Assembly (NCBI GenBank): GCA_964510755.1
Contig: CAZECU010000001.1
Location: 1 to 35,003, forward strand
DNA from: an uncultured Candidatus Peribacteria bacterium
Lineage (GTDB): Bacteria > Patescibacteriota > Gracilibacteria > Absconditabacterales > Absconditicoccaceae
Direction of reading: 5' to 3'
Length of the DNA: 35,003 nt
Below the pieces are notes generated by a model. That model did no database searches. It was not told the DNA's origin and saw only the letters and a list, made by a program, of their open reading frames with translations. Both the position numbers and the translations under genes were made by a program. Positions 8,570 to 17,991 of this stretch are shown in pieces (position 1 is the first letter of the stretch; each line of letters opens with the position of its first letter).

Positions 8570-9889
8570 TTATTCTTCTCTTCTATACGTTTGTTTGCTG
8601 AGATATTTGGTCGCATAAAAAATAATCATCGTCTCGATACCTACATAGACTAGTACCAAGAAAAAAATCAGTTCTCCTGGTAATGATGTTTGGATGAGGA
8701 GGATGATATTTACTATCAACGCTGCCATGCTGGAAATGATCCAATATATATAATCCGTTTTGGTAAATATCTTGGCCAACATCGGTATCTTGTGTGCATA
8801 AAAAATCATTGCCGCGCTATAAATATTTCGAAAGATTCATCGACTCACTACTGAGCCTATATTTCCCTGAAATACAGTAAACAGACTTACATAGATAGCG
8901 AAGTTGATAACGAGAAATACTACGAGATTTTGGATCACACTATTGTATCAGATTTTTTTGAGACAGATGACATTGGTGACAAAGGTGGCTATTACCGCTC
9001 GATAGAGCAGATGATTGACCACAGCAAAATCGCCCACATGTGTACCATACCACACCATCAAAATCACAATCAAGACAATGTTGAATATCTCCAATATCTG
9101 TTTGGTCCACGCTGGCATCGCCGTCAAAAAGGTATAGAGTATTTCCATGGTTTTGGAATTGAAATATTTTTTGGGAGCGGTAATTCTTTCTCCTGCAAGA
9201 ATACGTCTCACGGACATCTCTTTTTTGGTTTCGAGGGTTTGAGGGGTATGTTGGAAAATTTTGAAAATCAGGATGTAGATCCCTGTGAGAAGGAGTCCAT
9301 TTATCGTGAGAGCCAGATATATATTTTTGATCTGATCCAACACTACGAGAAAAATTGTCCCCAGCGCCAATACTCCCAACGCATATCGAAATGATTTGGA
9401 GAGGTCACGATAGAGACCAATCACAAAAATAAAAAATGCTACTACTGCAAGGTTTCCGACCCGTATCATCATAAATATCGTATACATCGTTGACCGTCAT
9501 CACAAGGCGAATCATAGAATAAGTAAGAACAACAAGGATAAATAATATCCTACGGGAAAAATAACTTTGCCGTCTTTATAGTCTGCAAGATAAGAAAAAA
9601 TCCACAACAGTAGATTGATCCCTATCAGCCAGAGTGCGTTGACAATCACATCCATACCAAAAAAATTACCAACTCCGACCAATCATGCCAAGATAATTAC
9701 CCATGCTATATATAAACTATATTTTCTCGCTAACTGAAATCAGTGAACTTTTATCGTTTGCGTAGCTCCATAATATCCAAAAAATGCTGCGATAAAGAGC
9801 AGTGGTAAAAATGCAAGATACCACAAGCCTATCCCGTAAAAAAATAGCACAAATCCTACTACCACTATCGACAACAACAACAAAGCCAT
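8570..9889 (-). CDS. Polytopic integral membrane protein (439 aa, roughly 10-12 TM), unknown family
   Basis: ORFs 8570-8809 and 8948-9487 plus sub-threshold pieces up to ATG 9889 share one frame. I translated it codon by codon: 7 in-frame TGA codons, including the tandem TGA-TGA at 9497-9502, and no TAA/TAG. Confidence 0.75.
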
Positions 9890-9929
9890 TCTCTGCAAAA
9901 AAAAATAAAGTATCTACAACAGTCCTAAT

Positions 9930-11069
9930 TTATAGAGCAAAATTGGTTGTAATGCTCCAGATTAACACGGCGTGCAATCCTATCGCTATGAGCCAAATGA
10001 GTAATAATCTTCCTATATTTTTGTTTCTCATATATCTGATACAAAAAACTACTATTCCTCGGATACCGATATCCATGAGCACATATGCGAGCCCAAATTG
10101 GTTGGCGACAAACAGATAACGATCATTGGCAATAGTATATACGCCAAACGCTGCCATACCCATAATCAGGATAAGTTGTACAATATCGGGAGCTCTATAC
10201 AATATTCAGGGTAGATCCATCATCTTGGCAAGCATATCTTTTTGGAGAAACTTTCGCATGATAGCTGAAGTACCAAACAATGAATAATCTTTGTTTTTGA
10301 GAGATATTTTGGCACCAAGTGATTGTAATATTTTGATATTTTCTAATTTTTCGGCCTCTCTTGAGATATCCTGTTGCGTCACCAAGGAGGTAGGAGAAAT
10401 AGGTGATGCACTTGGTAACTGTGCGTAATATATACTGTCTATACGATCTAATAGATCAAATAGTTGCTGAATAGTCGCGGTGATTTTTTCGACGTTGTTT
10501 CCCATACGCAATTTTTTGAGCTCTTCGGTTAGTGTTTTGATCTGTTGCAACTCTTGAGTACTGATGAGTCCTGTAGCTCTTTTTGTAGTAGTATCAATCT
10601 TTTCAAAGATTTTTGGGAGCGTATTTTTGGCTATTTCTAGCTGTGCATCTTGGTAGACATCATGGGTTGTTGTTTTTTGTGTTTGTATAGCCTGAGCTTG
10701 CTGAGTATGTGCTGCTAGATTTGCTGCTTTGGCGTTTGCTATATAGAGATCCGAAGTTTGTGAAGAGATCGACTGCGTATAGGTATTTATCTCTATGAGA
10801 TCAAATCAGAGGGTTATCAACATGATTGCTGCTGTCTGGATATCTTTGTATGGAGTAACTATTTGTATATGTTTATTTTTGTAGGCAATCGTAGCAAAAA
10901 TATCTCCAAAATTTTTTTTGTCTTGAGAAAATTCTTTGAGTGAAAGAATCAAAATATGGTAATGCTCAAAAATCTGCCTCGCTAGATCTGATGTCTCTAC
11001 GTCCATGAGTAATGCTACGGTATGTTGTCTATCACTGTCTTGTTTTATACCATTTATACTAAAAGTCAT
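9930..11069 (-). CDS. Hypothetical protein (379 aa): soluble N-domain, Q/T/A-rich coiled-coil-like middle, three C-terminal TM helices
   Basis: ORFs 10806-11069, 10206-10550 and 9930-10202 are in one frame, joined by TGA at 10806 and 10206. I translated the intervening stretch and found no TAA/TAG. Runs from ATG 11069 to TAA 9930. Confidence 0.7.
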
Positions 11070-11231
11070 TATGAAAATATCAGGTAAAAAGCCACAATTT
11101 GCTCTGAGTTTATGCTTTTATATTGAAATTTCAAAAAAAATCAATATATAGGGTTCATGAAAATTAACCAATTTATACTTTATGATATCTACGATTTTTA
11201 TACACTATAATTAATCACAGTATATCATACC

Positions 11232-11260
11232 AAGGACGACTACCGTTAGAGTCCTTTTTT
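11232..11260 (+). terminator. Terminator-like hairpin (AAGGAC..GTCCTT plus T6) in the 5' region of the Cys-rich protein gene
   Basis: 6-bp stem with a 13-nt loop and a T-run, about 115 nt upstream of ATG 11376 and about 85 nt downstream of a TTGAAA-N16-TATATA promoter-like site (11123-11150). Confidence 0.4.
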
Positions 11261-11375
11261 CTTCTACTAAAGTAATTATACCCAGTGTTTTGCCTTGTAT
11301 CCTTGTGCTATGAATGTGAACACATAGGGTAAACCAACAATCTCTAACGTTTTTATCTTTTGTTCTTACATCATT

Positions 11376-12185
11376 ATGAAAAAAGTTTTTTGGATACTCT
11401 TTGTGCTTATACTTCTTGTCGGTACAGGATTTATGTATCTGGTCAAAAATCCTCAGATGCCATTTTCACAAAAAGTATTTACTACTATAGGACTAGATAT
11501 TAATCAGCATCCAGGGTTGTTTAACCTCTCAGATGACCTAGGGACAGGCGAAGATCTTACAAACTGTACAAGTTATTTCGATGGATGTAATACCTGTATG
11601 GTATCGGGTGGTGTCATCGGTGGATGCACCAAAATGCTTTGTAAAAACCCAACACAACCAACATGTCTTGCATACAAAAATACTGGTATCGACCTCACCA
11701 ATTGTGTCAGTTATTTTGATGGATGCAACACCTGTAGTGTCAAAGATGGCAAACCTGATGCGTGTACTCTTATGTATTGTGAAACTCCAGGAGAACCAAA
11801 ATGTAATGAATACGCAAGCGGTACAACCAACAACGAAAATGTTGGACTCGCAAATCCAGCTTCCACAAATTGTGTAAACAATGGAGGAAAACTAGATATT
11901 GTCACTTCATCAGATGGTGGACAACAAGGTATGTGTACATTGTCCGATGGGACCGTTTGTGAAGAACGAGCATATATGAAAGGAACATGTGTAGCCAAAA
12001 ATCAAGATAATGATGAAACCAATACTTCTGTCTGTACTATGGAATATGCCCCCGTCTGTGCCAGCGTTCAAGTACAATGTATCAAAGCTCCTTGTGACCC
12101 TATCCAGCAAACCTTTGGCAATACCTGTATGATGAAAGCCAACAAACACGCGATCTATCTTCATGATGGAGAATGCGCTAAATAA
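11376..12185 (+). CDS. Secreted Cys-rich modular protein (269 aa): 2x YFDGCNTC repeat, DUF333-like domain, Kazal-like domain
   Basis: N-terminal signal/anchor MKKVFWILFVLILLVG. Two repeats of LTNC[TV]SYFDGCNTC.V..G....CT.M.C. GLANPASTNCVNNGGKLDIVTSSDGGQQGMCTLSDGTVCEE resembles DUF333. CTMEYAPVCAS...TFGNTCMM..A....LHDGEC resembles a Kazal inhibitor domain. About 27 Gly codons, none of them UGA. Confidence 0.85.
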   Translation: MKKVFWILFVLILLVGTGFMYLVKNPQMPFSQKVFTTIGLDINQHPGLFNLSDDLGTGEDLTNCTSYFDGCNTCMVSGGVIGGCTKMLCKNPTQPTCLAYKNTGIDLTNCVSYFDGCNTCSVKDGKPDACTLMYCETPGEPKCNEYASGTTNNENVGLANPASTNCVNNGGKLDIVTSSDGGQQGMCTLSDGTVCEERAYMKGTCVAKNQDNDETNTSVCTMEYAPVCASVQVQCIKAPCDPIQQTFGNTCMMKANKHAIYLHDGECAK

Positions 12186-12194
12186 CTAAATACA

Positions 12195-12317
12195 ATTAAA
12201 AATGAAAAATTGAAAATGAAAGACTTGTCTTCATACAACCTATTATACTATTACTATAGTCCATAAAACAACAAAGTCTTACACTCTTCACTATTCACTT
12301 TTCACTATTCACTATTA
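12195..12317 (+). repeat. Intergenic repeat family 1, copy B
   Basis: Core at 12222-12284: GACTTGTCTTCATACAACCTATTATACTATTACTATAGTCCATAAAACAACAAAGTCTTACAC. Flanked by TGAAAA-type (left) and TTCACTATT-type (right) short tandem repeats. Starts about 10 nt after the stop at 12185. Confidence 0.7.
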
Positions 12318-12358
12318 CCTATCATCTTTTCATTAAAATTTTACCACGTAAAATACAT

Positions 12359-13792
12359 ATGGAACAAATTATCTGACATTCATTTCTCGATACTTACTTC
12401 GACGAACATACGATGTCCCTCCATATCAAAGAAGGACGTCCTCTTCTGAGAAAAAAAGGTATGCCCGGCAACTGGAAACCAGAGCTAGATACTGCATCTA
12501 TGAGTAGTGATGAAATGCATGCTTTCATAGACAAAATCTATGCTGAGATAGAAACCAGAAGTGATGGAGTCATGGAAATCGATAGAAAACTGTCCAAAGT
12601 TTTGCAACTAGGTCCTTATAGAATAGTTATCGTCTATCCACCACTGTCTGATGGATTGGAAATGACTATTGTCAAACCGATCAAAAAACTTACTATGGAC
12701 GACTATACTTTGGCACCATGAGTTTTTGAACTCTTGAGAAATCAAGCCAAAGGTATTTTGATTTCTTGATCTCCAGGAAGTGGAAAAACTACCTTTGCTC
12801 AAGCGCTTATCGATGTCTATCACAAAGATCACAATATCATCAAAACTATTGAATCACCTCGTGATTTGCTTGTAGATGATGATATCGTCCAATATAGTTT
12901 TACCTATGGGAGTCATGATGAAGTCAGAGATATTTTGCTACTCTCTAGACCCGATTATACCGTCTATGATGAAGTCAGAAATACTTCTGATTTTCAATTA
13001 TACAAGGATTTGAGACTGACAGGTATCGGACTGGTTGGCGTAATTCATGCAACGAGAGCCGTCGATAGCATCCAGAGATTTCTTGGTACTATAGAAATGG
13101 GAATCATTCCTCAAGTCATTGATACAGTTATTTATATAGACAAATGAGCTATCCAAGAAATTTACACACTAGAATTTACCGTCAAAGTGCCAGAAGGTAT
13201 GGAGTCAGATGATCTCGCGAGACCGGTCATAATTATTACTAGTTTTCTTACCAAGCGTGTGGAATATGAAATTTATACCTTTGGAGAACAAATTGTTGTC
13301 ATGCCTATGAGCGAAATGAACGCAGAATGACGTGCACCAAGCAAAGGTAAAACCGCTATGAATGAATATGCCAAACATACTATTACCCAAAAACTTCAGA
13401 AAATTTTGCCTTGTGATTTCTTAGTCAAAATCAAAGGAACGTCCAATCTTGACCTCTACATACCTGAGACAGACAAATGACGTATTATCGGCAAAGCTGG
13501 TGCAAATATTATGACACTAGAAAAAACTATGGGACTCAAAATCAATCTCAAAAGCTTTGATGATCTGCCGTTACTGGACGTACAAACTACTATCAATGAT
13601 TCCAAAAAAAATACAAAAATGGATATTAGCTTCCCCGCAGAGTATGCCAATCGTGCGGTTTGTTTCCTTATCTGAAATGAAATCGCTTACTTTACTGCAG
13701 ATGAACAAAGCATAGTCAGTATCAAAAACAAAGAGCTTACAAAAGTATTACAAAAAAAATGATTTGTCCTTGTGGATACCGATCAGCTGTAA
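12359..13792 (+). CDS. PilT-like P-loop ATPase with C-terminal KH domain (COG1855-like, 477 aa)
   Basis: ORFs 12413-12721 and 12866-13147 plus other pieces share one frame, with 8 in-frame TGA codons. Walker [12 protein letters not shown] (first G is TGA 12767-12769). KH GxxG motif [16 protein letters not shown]. The start MEQIIGHSF.. at 12359 leaves no room for a PIN domain. Confidence 0.85.
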
Positions 13793-13836
13793 AATGACGG
13801 CGTAAATTACCTTACTATTTTTTTAGTTTATTTTAG

Positions 13837-15252
13837 ATGTACCGTATGAACAATTTCCATTTTTCCAAAATTATTGCAGGTGTAGGACCTACTTTGGCCA
13901 AAGAAACTGTACTCTCCAAAGTCATCAATATGGTTGATGTATTTAGAATCTCTTTGTCTGGAGGTTTTGATGACAACAATAAAAAATATATCGATACTAT
14001 TATGAAACTGGACAACAGCAAAACCATACTCTTGGAAACTAGAGGTTCTGATATCAGAGTCAAAAACGTATTGGACATCAAAGTCAAAGCCAAACAAACT
14101 ATCGAGATAGAATATAGTGAATATGCACAAGAACATGACAAAAAGATTTTTGTAGATGCACCATTTCTTCGTTCTCTCAAAGTAGGTCAGCAAATCAAAT
14201 TTCAACAAAGTGGCGTAGTCGTCAAAGTCAAATCCAACAAAGACAATGCTACCCTCTGCGAAGTCATCGAATGAGGATGGATCATCCAGTTTGATAGAGT
14301 GTTTTTTAACAACTATGATCTGGATTTGCCATTTTTGGGAGAAAGAGACAAAAAAGATATCTTGTGGGGATTGGAATATGGTATCCACATTATGGCGCCT
14401 TCTTTGGTCAAAACCAGAGAGGATATTGTCGAGCTCAAAGATTTTTTGAAAACCAAGAACGCTCATAAGATGAAGATCCTTGCCAAAATCGAAACAGAAG
14501 AAGCGTTAAAAAATATAGATGATATCTTGGATATCGCCGATGGTGCAATTTTTGTGTTTGAAAAAATGGAAAAAGCTATGAAGACTATGAAACTTACGGA
14601 AGAGATATTGATTAGCAAATGTAAGATTTTGGGGAAACCTGCTATCGTAACCTTTGTCGGCAAAATAGAAAAAAACAAATACCAACTTATCCAAGAAACT
14701 CAGGTGAAAAAATTTTGTAATTTGGCAGCAGACGCATACATGATTGATACGCTTCTGAGAGAAGATGATCCATTGACCGTGATTACCCAGCTTTCTGATG
14801 CCTTAGACACATTGGAACTCAAGATTTCATCTTCTGATCTTAGTCGTTTTTATGCCAACAATGAATTTATGGTCAGAGATTATATCATCTTTACTGCCTA
14901 CAGAGCTACCCAAGAAGTAGATGTCAGAGCTATCGTATTGTATACCGAAAATGGCTATTCTGCTGGTAGACTTTCTAGTCTCAAGCCTAAAGTACCTATC
15001 ATTGCGTTTACCAAAAATGATGAAAACTACAGATATCTCAACATGCTTCGAGGAGTCAGAGGATACAAAATCTCTCAATCATTTAGTTATGAAAATCTCA
15101 AAAGAATCGGAAAAGAAATGATCAGAATTATCTTTAAGGGAAATATTTCCTTGGATGACAAAATTGTAATTGTCCAAGCAACCGAGTCCATTACTGATGA
15201 AAAAACTGGCATGATTAATGGAATAGAGTTGTATAAATTTAAAAATATTTAA
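13837..15252 (+). CDS. pyk: Pyruvate kinase family protein with divergent active-site motifs (471 aa)
   Basis: ORFs 13837-14274 and 14299-15252 are joined by TGA 14272-14274. PK-like blocks: KIIAGVGPT, DVFRISLSGG, ILLETRGSDIR, PFLGERDKKDILWGLEYG, KILAKIETEEAL. The MVARGDLG and ATQMLESM blocks are not recognisable. Confidence 0.8.
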
Positions 15253-15273
15253 TACCGACCACTTTTCTCATAC

Positions 15274-15301
15274 ATCTACTCCTTGTGGGTAGATTTTTTT
15301 A
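15274..15301 (+). terminator. Rho-independent terminator of the pyruvate-kinase-like gene
   Basis: ATCTAC..GTAGAT stem followed by T8, about 20 nt after the stop at 15252. Confidence 0.6.
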
Positions 15302-15401
15302 TATTTTCTCTTGAAAATCATATATAGATTTCAATAGCAGTGATTCATAGCCTTTATGGCACAATTTTTTTTAATGAACTTTCTGTTGCAATACCCCCAT
15401 A

Positions 15402-15417
15402 ATACTATATATAGTGT
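15402..15417. promoter_or_regulatory. Putative NrdR box 1 upstream of nrdD
   Basis: ATACTATATATAGTGT is a near-palindrome that matches the NrdR-box type (acaCTATATATAGTGT). Confidence 0.55.
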
Positions 15418-15434
15418 TCACGAGATTCAATATA

Positions 15435-15450
15435 CCACAATATATTGTAT
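15435..15450. promoter_or_regulatory. Putative NrdR box 2 upstream of nrdD
   Basis: CCACAATATATTGTAT contains the perfect 12-bp palindrome ACAATATATTGT. Its centre is about 33 bp from box 1, consistent with the tandem-box arrangement typical of NrdR operators. Confidence 0.5.
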
Positions 15451-15575
15451 ATTACATATCTTTTCATTGTTTTGTAAATAACAAAACTAACGAATATCCA
15501 ACAACAAAACAACACTACTATTTATTACGCATTAGTTTTGGAGGTATTGATTTTAATTATTCATTATTTTGGAGT

Positions 15576-17789
15576 ATGGCTATCTATAAAGTAAGAAAAA
15601 GAAATGGAGCAATTATCGATTTTGATATCAGCAAGATTGAGTTGGCGATCAAAAAAGCTATCGAAGCAGTAGAAGGAACGGATTTTAGTGAAGTATCTAC
15701 CCTTGCAAGCAAAGTTAGCGCCACTGTAGAAGCCAAAATAGGCAAGGACATCCCCAACGTAGAAGACATCCAAGATGCTGTAGAACAAATATTGGTCAAA
15801 GAAGGTCATGATACGGTAGCCAAAGCATATATCATTTATAGACAGAAAAGAGCGGAATCTAGATCCAACCAAAGTGTCGTCGTCGAAGTAGAAAAAACTA
15901 TGGGAGAATATCTCGACAACTTAGATTGGAGAATCAACGAAAATGCAAATATTGGATACTCTATCGGTGGTTTGATTTTGAAAAATTCTGAAAAAATAAC
16001 TGCCAACTACTGGCTTTCTCACGTCTATCCTGAAGAAATAGGCAACGCTCACAGAAATGGTGACTATCATATTCATGATTTAGGAATGTTTTCTCCGTAT
16101 TGTGCTGGATGGAGTTTGAGACAATTATTGGAAGAAGGATTTAATGGTATCACCTGATTGCTTCAGTCTGCACCACCAAGACATCTCCAGTCTGCTGTCA
16201 ATCAAATGGTAAACTTTTTGGGGACGCTCCAAAACGAATGGGCATGAGCTCAAGCGTTTTCTTCCTTCGACACCTATCTTGCTCCCTTCGTAGACAAATA
16301 CAAAGATGAAATAAGAGCAGATTTGGATACTACTGGTGCATCGTTTGCTACCCCTGAAGACAAAGAAGCATTTATTTACAAAAAGACATATAGATACGTC
16401 AAACAGCAACTTCAAAATTTTATCTTTAATATGAATGTACCTTCTAGACGAGGAACACAAACACCATTTAGCAATATCACCTTGGATTGGACGTGCCCTG
16501 ATGACCTCAAAGAAAAATCACTTATGCTCTGAGGTATCAACCATGGATATTATCACAAAAAATTTGGAGAACTCAACGAAGAGATCAAGATGATCAATAG
16601 AGTCCTTATAGAAATATATACCGAAGGTGATTCTACCTGATCTGTCTTTACCTTTCCTATACCTACCTACAACATTACGGAAGATTTTCCACGAGAAGAC
16701 AAAGATATCGACTTACTCTTTGAAATGACAGCAAAATATGGTATCCCTTATTTCCAAAACTTTGTAGGATCACAGTTCAAGGTAGTCAAAGACAAAGATG
16801 GTAATGTAACCAAAGTAGAAAATCCTGATGCATACAAACCAGGAGCAGTGAGATCTATGTGTTGTAGACTCCAATTGGATTTGTCTCAGCTCGAAAAAAG
16901 ATGAGGAGGTCTGTTTGGTTCTGCAGAGATGACATGATCTATCGGCGTCGTTACGATCAATATGGCCAGAATAGGATATAATTTTGCATGAGACAAACAA
17001 GGATACAAACAGCACCTTTTATACCTTATGAATCTTGCCAAGACATCATTGGAGCTCAAAAGAAAAGAGGTAAACAAATGGCTCAATGCATGACTCTATC
17101 CATTTACCAAGAGATATCTTCACTCTTTTAGAAACCATTTTTCCACGATTGGACTCAATGGTATCAACGAATCTATCCTCAATTTTACTCAAGGCAAAGA
17201 AGATATCACTACCGACGAAGGTAAACAATTTGCGACAGAAATATTGGATTTTATGAGAGACACACTCAAACAATATCAAGAAGAAACAGGAAATCTTTAC
17301 AATCTAGAAGCTACTCCTGCAGAATGAGCAATGTATAGATTTGCCAAAGAAGACAAAAAACAATTGCCAAATATCATCCAAGCAGGTACTGATGACGCAC
17401 CATTTTACACCAATTCTAGCCAACTTCCTGTAGGATATACTGATGATCCTTTTGAAGCACTCGAACAACAAAACGAATTGCAGTGCAAATATACCTGAGG
17501 AACTGTACTTCACCTCTATATGGGAGAAAGAATATCGGACTCTCAAGCATGCAAAAACTTAGTCAAAAAAGTGATTGAAAATTATCAACTTCCGTATATA
17601 ACCATTTCACCAATCTTTTCTATTTGTCCAAAACATGGATATGTAGTTGGAGAACACGATTATTGTCCAAAATGCGACAAAGAAATAGGATATACAGGAG
17701 AAGAATTTAACATGGAAATCAGAAAAAAGCATACAGCTGACCCAGAAAAACTGAGAGTTATGGAAGAACGCAGAATAACAGAACAATAA
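15576..17789 (+). CDS. nrdD: Anaerobic ribonucleoside-triphosphate reductase, main body (ATP-cone to Zn-ribbon, 737 aa); lacks the glycyl-radical loop
   Basis: Pieces 15414-16157 (trimmed to ATG 15576, MAIYKVRKRNGAII.. ATP-cone), 16323-16532 and 17520-17789 plus smaller ones share one frame, with about 10 in-frame TGA codons. Motifs: HIHDLG, CAGWSL, KRGGGLFGSAEMTGSIGVVTINM, NLEATPAEG, SICPKHGYVVGEHDYCPKC. Ends at TAA 17787-17789 before any RVxGY motif. Confidence 0.92.
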
Positions 17790-17927
17790 AAGAAAAAGAG
17801 AAAAAAGAGAAAAAAGAGAGGAAGCAGAGATGAAAAAATGGAGGAAATATTACAATAGTTCATACACCAGCAAAATCCTACACTTTTCACTATTCACTTT
17901 TCACTATTCACTTTTCACTATTCACTC
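17790..17927 (+). repeat. Intergenic repeat family 1, copy C (partial core), located inside the nrdD coding region
   Basis: Half-core ATTACAATAGTTCATACACCAGCAAAATCCTACAC (17849-17883), followed by three copies of CACTTTTCACTATT (17881-17927). A purine-rich AAAAGAG-type stretch lies on the left. Confidence 0.6.
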
Positions 17928-17991
17928 TTTAGAAGTTTACCATTAGTTTAGCAGTTTATCATCCCTTTTATTTTTTTCACCTTTTGTCGCC

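Noticed and set aside
8930-9394. Plus-strand ORF of 154 aa
   Set aside because: Antisense to the 439-aa membrane protein gene. The minus frame is continuous and TM-rich.
9659-9665. A7 homopolymer as a frameshift site splitting the 439-aa membrane protein
   Set aside because: With seven A residues as given, the frame from ATG 9889 is continuous: there are exactly 78 codons to the Met at 9655. A one-base length error here would break the gene, so this site is worth confirming in the reads.
12201-12350. 49-codon ORF running through repeat copy B (table 25)
   Set aside because: Reading frames through the five copies are not conserved and stops occur in different places, so the element is non-coding.
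13828-14466. Minus-strand ORFs 13828-14466 and 13833-14180
   Set aside because: Antisense to the pyruvate-kinase-like gene, which has clear family motifs on the plus strand.
15414-15575. 5' extension of the nrdD ORF from 15414
   Set aside because: It runs through the NrdR-box/promoter region from a non-ATG start. ATG 15576 begins a canonical ATP-cone (MAIYKVRKRNGAII).
17881-17927. Short direct repeats (CACTTTTCACTATT x3, and similar at 323-371 and 12285-12317) as a CRISPR array
   Set aside because: The units are 7-14 nt, directly abutting with no spacers, and form the arms of repeat family 1.
17790-17991. Group I intron or intein interrupting nrdD (by analogy with the phage T4 nrdD intron)
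   Set aside because: The gap is only about 200 nt and contains stops in the nrdD frame, so it is not an intein. It consists largely of a repeat found at other intergenic sites, and I could not recognise group I core pairings. Kept as a testable alternative under the split-nrdD finding.
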